Virus genome (UHGV): UHGV-1836508
DNA from: a virus
Length of the DNA: 41,013 bases
Direction: 5' to 3' (one strand)
Position numbers and translations under genes: made by a program. Below are positions 1 to 10,416 of this stretch, piece by piece. A model generated the notes under the pieces. The model did no database searches. It was not told the origin of the DNA and saw only the letters and a list, made by a program, of their open reading frames with translations. Each line of letters starts with the position of its first letter. Position 1 is the stretch's first letter.

Positions 1-958
1 CGTCTGACTCTCTGGCTACCTGAACAAGCAAGCCAGTAACACCAGAATAATCTACTGTGTAATAACGTTCACCTTCTTCACCTTCCGATCCGCTCGCACC
101 GTCCTGATATTTCATTGCGGAACCTACAACTTCTGGGATTGCTTCCAGAGCTTCCTGTGCAATGACACCAGCATAGGGCATACCGTTTTCTTTAAGCGTG
201 TATGTATAGCCGTTCATTTTACGGATGCGGTCGGTTGCATTATCGATCACCTGAATGTTGTCTTTCAGATCCCGGTCGGAATGCTGGTTAAATGCGGTGG
301 CATGACATGCACCATTAACGCTTAACATATAGGTGTTATCGGTATTTTTCTGCGCATAGAACATATAAGCGCCACCATCAACACCGACTTCATAAACAAC
401 AGGACGGCTGGAATTTCCCCATAATAACGTCGACACACCAGAATACGCCGTACCTTGCGTGTTTAGTGTCATGGTCGACCCGTGATTAGCATATTTGATC
501 TGCAATGAGTCTGTATTATCAAACTTAATAAGCGCGTTACTTCCCCGCACACCATACGACATGAGACAGTTCCCCATCTTAAGGTAACCATCACTGCCTG
601 GAAAAATTAAAGTTCCTCCGTAAAGATCACTAAAGTCCCAAAAGATACCTTTTGTCCCGTTATGTGTGACGATCCTCGTCATTGTATCTTTAGTACCATC
701 AATATTTTTTCTGGTATATATGTCACTATAAGCGTTTTCCGTTTCACCAGTCTTATTTGACAAATGCAGCTTACCGCTGAATATAGTTCCAGTTGTTGGC
801 AATGTTTTTTGATCATAGATTACATTGCAATAACCATTCCATGTTGTTTTATTGTCTACATAAGATTTTGTTGCGTAGTTTCCTTGATCGGTTTTTAATT
901 TGCTAACGTCGGATTTTAGCGTTTTGATATCATCAGGAATTACTGTCGATGTAGCCAT
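1..958 (-). CDS. tail fibre / receptor-binding protein, partial (N-terminal 319 codons; 3' end beyond window start) with intramolecular-chaperone (peptidase S74-type) motif
   Basis: Minus-strand frame is open from ATG at 958 (SD GGAAGGAAA just upstream, in-frame stop at 968-970) down to position 2 with no stop, checked triplet by triplet. Product contains SDRDLKDNIQVIDNATDRIRKMNGYTYTL...GVIAQEALEAIPEVV, the hallmark start of tail-fibre C-terminal intramolecular chaperone domains. Absent from the ORF track only because its stop lies outside the window. Confidence 0.7.
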   Translation of the reverse strand, partial: MATSTVIPDDIKTLKSDVSKLKTDQGNYATKSYVDNKTTWNGYCNVIYDQKTLPTTGTIFSGKLHLSNKTGETENAYSDIYTRKNIDGTKDTMTRIVTHNGTKGIFWDFSDLYGGTLIFPGSDGYLKMGNCLMSYGVRGSNALIKFDNTDSLQIKYANHGSTMTLNTQGTAYSGVSTLLWGNSSRPVVYEVGVDGGAYMFYAQKNTDNTYMLSVNGACHATAFNQHSDRDLKDNIQVIDNATDRIRKMNGYTYTLKENGMPYAGVIAQEALEAIPEVVGSAMKYQDGASGSEGEEGERYYTVDYSGVTGLLVQVARESD

Positions 959-967
959 TTTCCTTCC

Positions 968-1249
968 TCACATCCAGCCACGAAGTTGATGCTCAACAGC
1001 AACCGCGTATTCATCGAATAATGACGGTGTTTTCACATCATTAATGATGCGCACGTTTACAAAATATCCGTCTTCCTTAACACATACCGGTTCGCCATCT
1101 TCAGTCAGTTCTCCGGTTTCTTTGTACACGTTACCTATCACGTCAATAAGAATATCATCCTGCATCGACTCGTCATCATAATAGCCAGTGCTATCCATAA
1201 AGGCCGAAAAGTCGGCCCTGTCTTCAAATTTGAGTGTTAAATCTTTCAT
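968..1249 (-). CDS. hypothetical acidic 93-aa protein between the two fibre genes (possible fibre assembly factor)
   Basis: ATG at 1249 overlaps the upstream fibre stop (TAATG); stop at 968-970 sits 10 nt before the next fibre start. No recognisable motif. Confidence 0.5.
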   Translation of the reverse strand: MKDLTLKFEDRADFSAFMDSTGYYDDESMQDDILIDVIGNVYKETGELTEDGEPVCVKEDGYFVNVRIINDVKTPSLFDEYAVAVEHQLRGWM

Positions 1250-3615
1250 TAGATTGACTCCCCCATCTGAGCATCAGTCAATGCCTTGTGCCATATTCTG
1301 AAATTCCTGATATGACCAAATAAATGGCGTAACCCGGCTGTAGTCTGGCCTCCAATACGGATAATTGCGGAGTTCTGAATATATGACCATGTGGTTTTTG
1401 TTTCGCTGGATATACGCCCGTTACTTACTGAGCACGTAGACTGATCTGACTTTACACGCATCCCCATAACCATTTTTTCAAGCGATGCGTTTTCGTTTAC
1501 CCGTCTGTTAGCCAAACCTATATCACAATAAGGAAATCCGTCGTAATCTGTTGAACGACCGAAGCCAAGAATAATAGCCGCTCCGGTTTGATGACCGCCG
1601 GTATCAAAAACACGCGGTGCTGCATTTGGCGTTTTATACCAGTTCTTATGTACCTCACAAAGAACTGTAAAAGGAAGATTATAAAGGTTATTCTTGATTG
1701 GGACTGTCACCATATCGCTTGCGCGAGTGCTTGCAGTTATATCAGTTACAATAAATGACGAAGCACTTGATCCACCTTCCACTTGTGGAGTTGCGATATC
1801 CAGATAGTCTCCGGATACTGTGCTTGAACCTTTTACAGGAGCGTACTGAACCATCGCACCAATCATGCTCTCAGTATCCAGTGCATTAATTGTAGCCTGG
1901 AAGAAAATCCAACCAGTAGCCTCATCTTTTACTGCCTTTGAAATAATACGATTTGCAGCACCACCAGTTAGTTCAATTAAAAGTGTTGATAAATTGAGGT
2001 AAGCATCTCCCAAAAAAGTGTAAGTAGAACCATCATGATGTTCAAATCTTAAACGACACCTTATATTTTCAACATCACTTCTGACACGGCATGAAATGGT
2101 CACATATTTTTCATCACCTGTGACATCAAATCCTTTACTGCCAGAAACCGTTACGATACTAATCGCACTTGTTTGACCAATAAGAGTATCTTTTACAGTA
2201 AATCTACCATAAGTAAAATTAAAAGAATCCGTGGATATTTCTGTGAGTTCCAGATTGCTTGACTTATTCCATTTAGATGGATTTGTTGAATTAAGCAGAA
2301 GATTAGTTCTTTGCCCCTCAATAAGCAGGCCATCACGTTCAAATCGTGGCTCGTCAATGGCAGCCTCTGTCAGCACACCAGATTTATTAATATAGGTTGC
2401 TTTCGATGCGCGTTTAAACTTTACAACCTTATCGCCAGGCATCGTTATTTCATCATCACCAATAACAATCTTTTTATATGACGGCGAAAAGCCCGTAATC
2501 ATATCCAGTGAATCGTTAAACGGTATCCACACATCGGGAAGCGGCTGCAAAACTTGTTTATACGGCTCCGCAGCCTGGTTTGCATACTCTCTGGCTGCGT
2601 CTTCACTCGCTTTTGCAGCCGTCTGGCTTGCAGCGGATGCTTTCGCCGAGTTAGCCGCCGCAGTCTCGCTCGCCTTTGCGTTGGTTTCACTGGTTTTTGC
2701 AGCTTTTTGACTGTTGGCTGATGCAGTGGCAGAAGCAGCCGCCGCACTTGCAGAACCAGCTGCGGCACTCTCGCTTTGGGCTGCTGCATCCTGACTGCTT
2801 TTCGCCGCAGTTTCGCTGGCTTTAGCATTCGTTTCGCTGGTCTTCGCTGCCGTCTGGCTGGACTTTGCGTTAGTTTCACTCGTCTTCGCTGCTTTCTGGC
2901 TATTAGCCGCCGCAGTTGCTGATCCAGCTGCTGAAGTCGCAGAACCGGCTGCCGCACTCTCGCTTTCAGCTGCTGCATCCTGACTGCTTTTTGCTGCGGT
3001 AGCGGAGTTGGCGGCAGCACTCTGACTCGATTTTGCAGCTGCCTCGCTATTTTTCGCATTAGTTTCGCTGGTCTTTGAAGCTGTCTCACTCGCTTTTGAG
3101 TTAGTTTCTGATTTTTTGGCCGCTGTTGCGCTCGCTGCCGCCTCTTTAGCTTTTTGTGCAGCGGTGTTAATTATGGGAGTATTTTCTTTATACCATTCTA
3201 GGTTCTCATTGTGCTCATTAACGATCTGCGTAAGGGATTTTACGGTTAATTCCGTGCCATCTTCACGCTCAATTGTTATTTCATCCACAGCAGTCAGCCA
3301 ACTACGCATCATTTTTGAATCGGCTGACATGCGAGACATAAGCGCAGTAAAACGAGCACTAAATTGGGTCAAATCACCTTCATAGGTCGTAATTATTCTG
3401 CACGGAACATTTGTTTGGGTGCTGCCACCGTAGGCTTCAACAAGAGTTAACGAAGTGTCACTCTCGATTGATTTTATTTCATATAACTTATTATCGGGGC
3501 CAATCAATATCATACCTGGAAGGACGCCGTTCGCCGTCACTCCCCATGCTGTGCCTGTTCCCACTACAGTTTTATTTCCTTTAGTGAGATTTATTGTACC
3601 TTCCCTGTACCACAT
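1249..3615 (-). CDS. side tail fibre protein (lambda Stf-like) with Ala/Ser/Thr-rich repeats
   Basis: 788 aa directly downstream of J. Central region is built of repeated KTSETNAK / AAKSSQ / SATAA units, very like the alanine-rich repeats of lambda Stf-type fibres. ATG at 3613-3615. Confidence 0.8.
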   Translation of the reverse strand: MWYREGTINLTKGNKTVVGTGTAWGVTANGVLPGMILIGPDNKLYEIKSIESDTSLTLVEAYGGSTQTNVPCRIITTYEGDLTQFSARFTALMSRMSADSKMMRSWLTAVDEITIEREDGTELTVKSLTQIVNEHNENLEWYKENTPIINTAAQKAKEAAASATAAKKSETNSKASETASKTSETNAKNSEAAAKSSQSAAANSATAAKSSQDAAAESESAAAGSATSAAGSATAAANSQKAAKTSETNAKSSQTAAKTSETNAKASETAAKSSQDAAAQSESAAAGSASAAAASATASANSQKAAKTSETNAKASETAAANSAKASAASQTAAKASEDAAREYANQAAEPYKQVLQPLPDVWIPFNDSLDMITGFSPSYKKIVIGDDEITMPGDKVVKFKRASKATYINKSGVLTEAAIDEPRFERDGLLIEGQRTNLLLNSTNPSKWNKSSNLELTEISTDSFNFTYGRFTVKDTLIGQTSAISIVTVSGSKGFDVTGDEKYVTISCRVRSDVENIRCRLRFEHHDGSTYTFLGDAYLNLSTLLIELTGGAANRIISKAVKDEATGWIFFQATINALDTESMIGAMVQYAPVKGSSTVSGDYLDIATPQVEGGSSASSFIVTDITASTRASDMVTVPIKNNLYNLPFTVLCEVHKNWYKTPNAAPRVFDTGGHQTGAAIILGFGRSTDYDGFPYCDIGLANRRVNENASLEKMVMGMRVKSDQSTCSVSNGRISSETKTTWSYIQNSAIIRIGGQTTAGLRHLFGHIRNFRIWHKALTDAQMGESI
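2560..3140. repeat. in-frame tandem coding repeats (Ala/Ser/Thr-rich) inside the side tail fibre gene
   Basis: Reiterated gc(a/c)gc / agcgaaac / ctggct units at DNA level give repeated SETNAK-AAKSSQ peptide units; this also generates spurious ORFs in other frames. Confidence 0.7.
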
Positions 3616-3708
3616 TTATCCTTTGCTCCTAGATATGGTGGGCGTTCCATGCCCACCATTAAGTTAGTACCTACCTATTTTTACAGAAATGATTATTTTT
3701 TTCCACAA

Positions 3709-6700
3709 TCAAAGCCGACCAATCCTCACTCGAAGGACATTATTGTCATCATAAACGTCAATCCTCTGACCATTTATAACCAATCTCCCATTGCCGCCAC
3801 TATTGCCGTTGATCTCAAGCGTTCCATTTTTACCAAATCGCCATCCGGCTCGTCCGCTTACGAAGTTTGTTGATTGCAAGTCACCTACCTTTGCATTTGT
3901 GATAGTACCATCCTTAATATACGCACCATTCATGTATGCAACGCTGTTTTCGATAACAAATGGTGTGGTGATCTTTCCGTTAACTGAGTTAACTAGACCA
4001 AATCGATCTGCTTGCACCAAAAACTGGGAAAGCCCCGTGGTGTCAATTCCAAGCGCAATACCTGCGACATATTTTTGCCCACCACTTGTTGACGTTTCCA
4101 TCTTCAACGTCCACGCGGTTGAAACCTTTTTGTTAGTATCAGCAATAGCAGTTGCCTGCTCTTGAATTGTCGCTGTATTTCCATCAACTGATGCTTTTAA
4201 GGTGTCAATTCGTCCACTTAGAGCATTGTCGGCGTTTGTGCGCACAGTCGCCTCAGACGTAATCGCGGCATTAATATCTTTGCTCGTTTGCGCCTGTAGA
4301 TTAGTGATGCTAGAAGCCAAAGCCGAATCAGCGTCAGTTCTGGCTTTCGTCTCTTCTGCTACAGCCGCCTTAATATCTTTACCCGTCTGGCTCTTCAATG
4401 TGGTTATCTGTTGTGCTAAAGATTCATCAGCAGTTGCTCGGGCAATTTTTTCTTCAGATATAGCTGCACTAATATCGCCTTCAATTTTGGCTTGTAACGA
4501 TAGTATTTCTTTTGAAAGTGCTTCATCGGCACTAGCTCGTGCCTCTTGTTCACTCACAATTGCGGCAGAAATATCATCGTTAATCTTTGATTCAAGTTTG
4601 GTGATTCTGCTTGCAATAGCATTATCAGCATCTACACGAGCCGTTGTTTCTTCAGTGATTGAAGCTCTGATATCCTCATTTATTTCAGCGCGAATTTCCT
4701 CCATTTTCGTAGCCATTGCAGATATATCGTCTGCAAAAGCCTTCTGAGTTGTGGTGATCTTCGCATTACTCACCATCTGCTTGTGCTGATCTTCATCCTG
4801 ACGCAAAGCAAGATCGATGTTTGTTTTAGCCAATGCCTCAATGTTTGTCGTAACTTCGGCACTAGAACGTTCAACTTCAGCCACGGTTTTTTTCATTTCT
4901 TCAATGGTGGCTAAACTGCTATCTACAGTTGACTTCATCGCCTCGATTTCTTTCGCGTTTGCCAAGTCACCCTCAACTCGTGCTTCACGCTCCTCCGCAA
5001 TTAAAGCCGATGAATTGTCAAGTGCTGCATTTGCCGCCTCAACAGCTCCAGCTACAGCTTTACCCTGCTCTGATACAGTTTCCTGCAACTGAATTAAGGC
5101 AGCGTTAGAGTTTGCAACCTCCTTAAGTGCGTCTTCCACCTTGCTGACAGTACCGGAAACTTCCGTTTTAAGATTGTTTTGAGCTTCTTCAAGCCGCTGA
5201 TCGGCATCTGTAAATTTGTCATCGAGGATTTTCAGACTTTCTTCCATCTGTTGATAGATGGAATCCACCGCCTCCTGAGATACTTTTGAGTCGATTTCCT
5301 CAAGTAAAGTCTGGCCAAGTTCAGAAGACGTAATTTTGCCTGTCAGGAACGACAGCACATCGCGAGTCGTCGCCTCTGTACCCAAGTTTGAGTTCGGAGG
5401 ACTCAACATACCGCGCTTGTTTGACGCACGAACCCAGTAATACCACGTTTCGCTATCCCCAAGACCAGCATGTGTAAAGGTGGTGCTTGCAGACTCTGCG
5501 ATCAGTTTCGCTGTATCCAGATTGTTGGTCTGGGATGCGTAAACATTAATGTGATCAAGGTCTACCGAATCTGGATTAACCCAATTCAGTATCACATTAC
5601 GATAGTCTCCAACGGCTGTTAATGACGTTGGGGCATCTGGCGGTGTCATTGTGCCCAGCACCTGATAAACGGTACTGATAATCTCTGTTTTTTTACCGTT
5701 GAATGAAACCGCATACAGCTGGAAGTCGTAGCGTCCATTCTCCGCGACATTAACGATTTCGTATTGCTCTTCGGTTACACGCGCCGATTGCCAGTTCGAT
5801 ACATTGTTTGCATCAGAACGTCGCCAACTGATCCAATACTCTGGAGATTTCCCTTCCCATGTTGCAGTCAGTTTTACTGACAGGTTGCCCGGGCTTGAGA
5901 GATAAGTCCCTTCAGTGATTTGCAAATTAGACGGCTTGGAATAAGTCGGGTCCAATACCGTCGTATTCTGCGGGATAAGCGTTGCACCATTGTCGATCGC
6001 CTCATATTTAGACGGATTGTTCTCAACAGCGGTGATGTCAAAGCTACCCGGCGTTTCCCCCTGTGCTATGTTAACAATGCGAACGCGCATAGGTTCGAGG
6101 TCTGGTTCTGTAATAGTCCAGACGCCGTTCAAAACAGGCGTTTCAGCCGAAGACAGGGCTTTTGAAAACGTAACTTTTGTTATATTTTCGCCAGTTTCAA
6201 GAACATCGCGTTCAACGATTTTGCCTTCCTGATTCAGTATTCGAATAAAGCAGCCGCCTTTGGCTAACGACACAGGCGCATCGAGTGTGACGCTGTTTTT
6301 GGTAAACGCCACAATTCGACCTGAGTTACGTTTGCCTGCGCGATATTTGTTCTGAATCAGAACGGTTTCACCAGGCATCAAAAATGACGCGTCTAAGCCG
6401 GCAGTAAATGTAATTACATCCGACTCCATTCTGGCGGTATATAAAAGCCACAAACCAACTCGGTGAGCCTGCCCTCGGCTTGTACAGCCAAATGCCACGA
6501 CTTCTGTCTTACGCTCACCATAACGGCGCATTGCGTCCTGATCTTCAACGTACTCGATGTTTTGCTTATAACCGTCCTCCTTGTTGTTGTAGGTTACGAG
6601 CGCAACGGATGGGCGATCTTTACGCGCAGAACCTTTATAGGTAAACAATCCATCTTTGACGTTAGAGTTGGTAAACATCATTACCGGATCTGACGGGCTA

Positions 6701-7869
6701 TCCTGCATGATGTTAACCATGCCACCAGCCCAAAACACCATGCCGCGGAATGCTCCAGCAATATCCTGAATTAGTCGGTATGCGTCCTGTCGACTGGTAA
6801 TCTGCGTATTGATTGCAAAACGTTTCTCTTTGCCACCAAAGCCATCATCAACCTCTTCGTCACAATATCGACCGATCTGGTACAGCTGGCCGAGGTCAAT
6901 CATGGACTCTGATACAAATTGGCCAAGCCCATATCGTTCATTCGTTAACAGGTCGAAAAGAATCCAGGCTGGATTGGATGAAGACAGCAGCTTAAACGTA
7001 CCGTCCCATACTCCAACGTAAGTGTTACTGGATTCGTTATAGTTTGATGGCACACGAATTTTTAGGCCACGCACCAGATAAGAGCGAGAAGGCATAGTGC
7101 TGCCGAACTGCTCAGAATTAACCTTCAACCCCACCAGCACAGAGTTTGGGTAGTTCATCGGTGTATCGACAATCTCACCTATTGAATCCACCCATGTATC
7201 GTTATAGAGATACTGGCTGCTGTTATCATCGGTAATACGGACTACACGAACCTTGTATGCGCGTCCAGGCTTAGGCAGCTTCAGCTCATAGCTACGGTAA
7301 TAAACACCTGTCTTCTTTGCTGTTAGCTTAATGCCAACGCTTTTTTCACCTTCTGCGACCACATCTACAAATGTTGAGTCGCCATTTGCTATCTGGAACT
7401 TGTACTCAACGCTTGTACCGTTCGTGTCACCAGTTTTTTTATCTATGCTTCGCAAAGAAGGAAACTTCATGATGACACGAACCCGATCAGCTTCATCGTT
7501 ATCGATTGAAACCGTTACATAATGTGTTTTTTTTAACTGGATATTGACGGATTTAGGCGTTTCAACGAAATCAAAGCCAGACATTGGAGTCTGGTCTTGC
7601 GAACCGTCGCGAAAATCCCATGTGATTCCGCTGAAGTTGGAGGAACCGTCTTCATTTACAATCGGCAGATCGTCGATAAAAATAGATCTTGCGCCATTTA
7701 CTAAGCCGCCAATTACCCCTTCCCCAAGAAGATCGAGGATAGCGGCCATTGCACGAGAATTTACGGTATCGTCGGCTTCAACCGGTGTACGGCTGGAGCT
7801 TTTGCTGCTTTTTTTACCACCCGCACCGGCAATAAACAGCGGTAGCTTTTTCTTCTTGAACTGTTCCAT
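3709..7869 (-). CDS. central tail fibre / host specificity protein (lambda gpJ-like)
   Basis: About 1386 aa, position after I-K-L-M, gpJ-like N-terminal and C-terminal regions (…AYIKDGTITNAKVGDLQSTNFVSGRAGWRFGKNGTLEINGN…). Track start at 7875 is TTG; first ATG with SD is at 7869. Confidence 0.9.
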   Translation of the reverse strand: MEQFKKKKLPLFIAGAGGKKSSKSSSRTPVEADDTVNSRAMAAILDLLGEGVIGGLVNGARSIFIDDLPIVNEDGSSNFSGITWDFRDGSQDQTPMSGFDFVETPKSVNIQLKKTHYVTVSIDNDEADRVRVIMKFPSLRSIDKKTGDTNGTSVEYKFQIANGDSTFVDVVAEGEKSVGIKLTAKKTGVYYRSYELKLPKPGRAYKVRVVRITDDNSSQYLYNDTWVDSIGEIVDTPMNYPNSVLVGLKVNSEQFGSTMPSRSYLVRGLKIRVPSNYNESSNTYVGVWDGTFKLLSSSNPAWILFDLLTNERYGLGQFVSESMIDLGQLYQIGRYCDEEVDDGFGGKEKRFAINTQITSRQDAYRLIQDIAGAFRGMVFWAGGMVNIMQDSPSDPVMMFTNSNVKDGLFTYKGSARKDRPSVALVTYNNKEDGYKQNIEYVEDQDAMRRYGERKTEVVAFGCTSRGQAHRVGLWLLYTARMESDVITFTAGLDASFLMPGETVLIQNKYRAGKRNSGRIVAFTKNSVTLDAPVSLAKGGCFIRILNQEGKIVERDVLETGENITKVTFSKALSSAETPVLNGVWTITEPDLEPMRVRIVNIAQGETPGSFDITAVENNPSKYEAIDNGATLIPQNTTVLDPTYSKPSNLQITEGTYLSSPGNLSVKLTATWEGKSPEYWISWRRSDANNVSNWQSARVTEEQYEIVNVAENGRYDFQLYAVSFNGKKTEIISTVYQVLGTMTPPDAPTSLTAVGDYRNVILNWVNPDSVDLDHINVYASQTNNLDTAKLIAESASTTFTHAGLGDSETWYYWVRASNKRGMLSPPNSNLGTEATTRDVLSFLTGKITSSELGQTLLEEIDSKVSQEAVDSIYQQMEESLKILDDKFTDADQRLEEAQNNLKTEVSGTVSKVEDALKEVANSNAALIQLQETVSEQGKAVAGAVEAANAALDNSSALIAEEREARVEGDLANAKEIEAMKSTVDSSLATIEEMKKTVAEVERSSAEVTTNIEALAKTNIDLALRQDEDQHKQMVSNAKITTTQKAFADDISAMATKMEEIRAEINEDIRASITEETTARVDADNAIASRITKLESKINDDISAAIVSEQEARASADEALSKEILSLQAKIEGDISAAISEEKIARATADESLAQQITTLKSQTGKDIKAAVAEETKARTDADSALASSITNLQAQTSKDINAAITSEATVRTNADNALSGRIDTLKASVDGNTATIQEQATAIADTNKKVSTAWTLKMETSTSGGQKYVAGIALGIDTTGLSQFLVQADRFGLVNSVNGKITTPFVIENSVAYMNGAYIKDGTITNAKVGDLQSTNFVSGRAGWRFGKNGTLEINGNSGGNGRLVINGQRIDVYDDNNVLRVRIGRL
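4230..4700. repeat. five tandem 93-nt (31-aa) repeats in the coiled-coil part of the J-like gene
   Basis: Peptide units DI(S/K/N/R)A(A/S)I…AR…AD…L…I…L recur five times (DISAAIVSEQEARASADEALSKEILSLQAKIEG and variants). Confidence 0.6.
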
Positions 7870-7886
7870 GTTCAAAAAATCCTTGT

Positions 7887-8480
7887 TTACATTAGCTGGT
7901 CAATCGTGATTGAAGAACTCACAACCTGTGAGCCAACCAGAATTTCCTCGCCATAGATAAGTTGTACTGGGTTGCCCTGGTTTTCTGTATTTTGAGGGCC
8001 GTCGAAATAATAAGAGTTCGAGTTATCTGCCTGTCTCACACTTTCGTTAGTGGCTTGCGGCGATATTATTTGTGATATGCCGCCCATCATCAGTGACAAA
8101 CCGAGAGGTGCTAAAGCAGGCATCACTACCGCCGATACAACCAACAAAGCGGCCCCTACTACCGTCTGAAACCACCCAAAAGCAGATCCACCGCTTCCTC
8201 GCGGAACAGGTGTAATGCGGATTTTGGCAATGTTGTCAGACTGCCCCATCATCTGATATTCACTTTCGTCAACAGACCACTTGTGGCCCTGTTTATTGGT
8301 GATCTGGATGTGGTAACGGTCATAGGTTTTGATATTGCGCTTCATCCATGCTTTAAACCCAGGCTTGTTGGCCTCAATTAAATCCAGAGCCTGTTTTGTA
8401 TTGCGCACCTTTAGATGCCAGTGGCGGCCAAAATGTTTGGCCATAGGGCCGCCAAGCTGCACATGAACTAACTCAGACAC
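7887..8480 (-). CDS. tail assembly protein (lambda gpI-like)
   Basis: 197 aa between K and J homologues; hydrophobic Gly/Ala-rich C-terminal segment as in gpI. GTG start with SD AAGGGAG. Confidence 0.7.
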   Translation of the reverse strand: MSELVHVQLGGPMAKHFGRHWHLKVRNTKQALDLIEANKPGFKAWMKRNIKTYDRYHIQITNKQGHKWSVDESEYQMMGQSDNIAKIRITPVPRGSGGSAFGWFQTVVGAALLVVSAVVMPALAPLGLSLMMGGISQIISPQATNESVRQADNSNSYYFDGPQNTENQGNPVQLIYGEEILVGSQVVSSSITIDQLM

Positions 8481-9265
8481 GTCTCATCTCCCTTGAGCAA
8501 GTCTCTGTGACGCAAGTGATGCGTCGTATGTTTCTGATACATTCCGCCGTAATAAGCACGACAACTAAGACGGTCGATCTGGTGATGAAGAATCATTCCA
8601 TCGCCGATATAAACCGCGCAGTGATCTGGCATTTTCCCGTATTGAATAAAGAAGACGTCCCCACGTTGAGGCTCTGTTCCAGGCGCAAGCCGTACCAATC
8701 CCTCGTTTCGGTAGTTCTGGTCGAGAATGTCGTTATCGCCGGTGTACCACGATGGAATATGCAGGTGTGCGTTCGGGTTAAGCTCGACGTTAAACTCACG
8801 CTTCAAATAGTCCCGACACAACATCCAGCAATCGAATACGCCAAATACATACGGTCTCCCCAGGTATGGCATTTCGAAACCATCAGGTGTGATCACATTC
8901 ATCTCGCTAAAATGGAAAGGGGCATCTCCCTCAACATTCTTGCGAATAGCCAGAATCATCCACGGAACTTCCGTCGCTTCACAGCCTGCACGATCGGCAT
9001 CAGATGCTTCTGCTGATTCATCAGTATGTGAATGCCAGATTGCGATTACGTCACCTGCATCCTCTGCCGCCATAATGTCGTCAACGTGCATTACAAAAGT
9101 GTTCTGCGGGTTCTCCGAAACATTTCGCGCTTCCATAAAGCGATATTTGTCGCCATTAGTTCTCACCAGAAAGCCACACGCTTCATTAGGGTAGCGATTT
9201 ATGGCGCAGAGATAGATTTGCTGCATAACATCAGAGCCAAGCTCAGGGATTGCTTTATTACCCAT
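8468..9265 (-). CDS. tail assembly protein (lambda gpK-like; MPN/JAMM plus NlpC/P60 domains)
   Basis: N-terminus …NEACGFLV… and HSHTDESAEASDADR (JAMM HxH…S…D) followed by a Cys/His NlpC/P60-like half, as in lambda K. Track start 9292 is TTG; ATG with SD GGAG is at 9265. Confidence 0.85.
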   Translation of the reverse strand: MGNKAIPELGSDVMQQIYLCAINRYPNEACGFLVRTNGDKYRFMEARNVSENPQNTFVMHVDDIMAAEDAGDVIAIWHSHTDESAEASDADRAGCEATEVPWMILAIRKNVEGDAPFHFSEMNVITPDGFEMPYLGRPYVFGVFDCWMLCRDYLKREFNVELNPNAHLHIPSWYTGDNDILDQNYRNEGLVRLAPGTEPQRGDVFFIQYGKMPDHCAVYIGDGMILHHQIDRLSCRAYYGGMYQKHTTHHLRHRDLLKGDETCLS

Positions 9266-9956
9266 ATCGCGTAGCTCCAATAAACCCGCCAAAATGGATC
9301 ACTCCGTTGGCAAAATAATTCCGACGCGCATTACAGGCGTCATAACGTTTTGTGCAGTAATCAGCACCAGACATAGACGTCTGCTGGTTATTTTTGTCGA
9401 AATATGGACCGGTATAGCCGCATTCTGGCCCTCGGTATTTCCACGGGCAGGTGTTTTTAATGATCTGACGATACGGCAGTTGCACCCCCATCAAATCGAA
9501 CACACTGGACAATTCAAACTCGACAACCTGATGAGTTTCGAGAGTTTTCTGTTCGATAAACCACATTTCATCCGGGAAATGTTGGTTTGGATCTGCTGTT
9601 GGGTTGCCGTCTTTAAAATTAACGGCATCGAGGAAGCGAGCCAGCGTCATCTTGCGAATAATGCGGCAGCCAACAAGATCGTCGTTCGCCTGAACTTCCG
9701 CAGAGACGGTTCCGGCAAAGTTCGATACCTGAATTTTTGGACGTGGCAACGTTCCCTGGCCAGTTTTGTCAAAGCCTGATGCTTTGATTGGCCACGGCTC
9801 GTATGTCACTCCTTGCCAGACGACCGGTTGCATCAGTTCGTTTGTTCCGGCGTGGAAGAATAACTTCCCCCCTGAAGTTGTGTTCGACATATCCAGTACG
9901 AACAACTCAATGAGTGCAGAGGGAGATAAGCTCTGAATATCAGCTTTAATTCCCAT
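9258..9956 (-). CDS. minor tail protein (lambda gpL-like, Cys-rich C-terminus)
   Basis: Strong similarity to lambda L: VVWQGVTYEPWPIKASGFD…ARFLDAVNF…CPWKYRGPECGYTGP…C…C. ATG at 9956 has SD AAGGATG and gives 232 aa, the same length as lambda L. Confidence 0.9.
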   Translation of the reverse strand: MGIKADIQSLSPSALIELFVLDMSNTTSGGKLFFHAGTNELMQPVVWQGVTYEPWPIKASGFDKTGQGTLPRPKIQVSNFAGTVSAEVQANDDLVGCRIIRKMTLARFLDAVNFKDGNPTADPNQHFPDEMWFIEQKTLETHQVVEFELSSVFDLMGVQLPYRQIIKNTCPWKYRGPECGYTGPYFDKNNQQTSMSGADYCTKRYDACNARRNYFANGVIHFGGFIGATRYG

Positions 9957-10038
9957 TGTTTCATCCTTGAAATAAGTAGGCGCTAACATCCTGTCAGCGC
10001 CACAATGATAGTAAATTAGTACTTACTTATCCAGATAC

Positions 10039-10374
10039 TTAAGCCTCAAATACTTGTCTGAATGTAGCAGTTAAGACACAGTACCCCTGATATCGCTTGA
10101 CCGTATGACTGTCACATACAACTACAATCCGTTTTCCTCTTGGATTAACCCAATAGAACGACTCAACTCCTGCTCGCTCAGTCAGGAAGTCATCGATTGC
10201 ATTAATTTCGTTGTATGATCTGGTAAAGGTTAACGACCATTCTTCTTTAATACGATTAAGACCTTGAGCCTGTCGCTGCTCGTAGTCATCACCAAAATTA
10301 AGTACCGTTACATTCGGTTTTACGCTCTTTTCAGATTCGTAATCTGGATACCAATTAAACGTTTGTCTTTCCAT
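10039..10374 (-). CDS. minor tail protein (lambda gpM-like)
   Basis: 111 aa with FGDDYEQRQAQGLN, matching lambda M FGDGYSQRAPAGLN; SD AAGGA 7 nt upstream of the ATG. Confidence 0.85.
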   Translation of the reverse strand: MERQTFNWYPDYESEKSVKPNVTVLNFGDDYEQRQAQGLNRIKEEWSLTFTRSYNEINAIDDFLTERAGVESFYWVNPRGKRIVVVCDSHTVKRYQGYCVLTATFRQVFEA

Positions 10375-10416
10375 CTCACATCCTTGTGAGACTGCCCCGG
10401 TCGGGGCAGTCGATAG

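Noticed and set aside
2499-3385. ORFs 2499..3089 (-) and 3116..3385 (+) inside the side tail fibre gene
   Set aside because: They lie in alternative frames or antisense to the Ala-rich tandem repeat region and have low-complexity Arg/Leu/Gln or Ala/Ser composition without an RBS; they are artefacts of the repeat.
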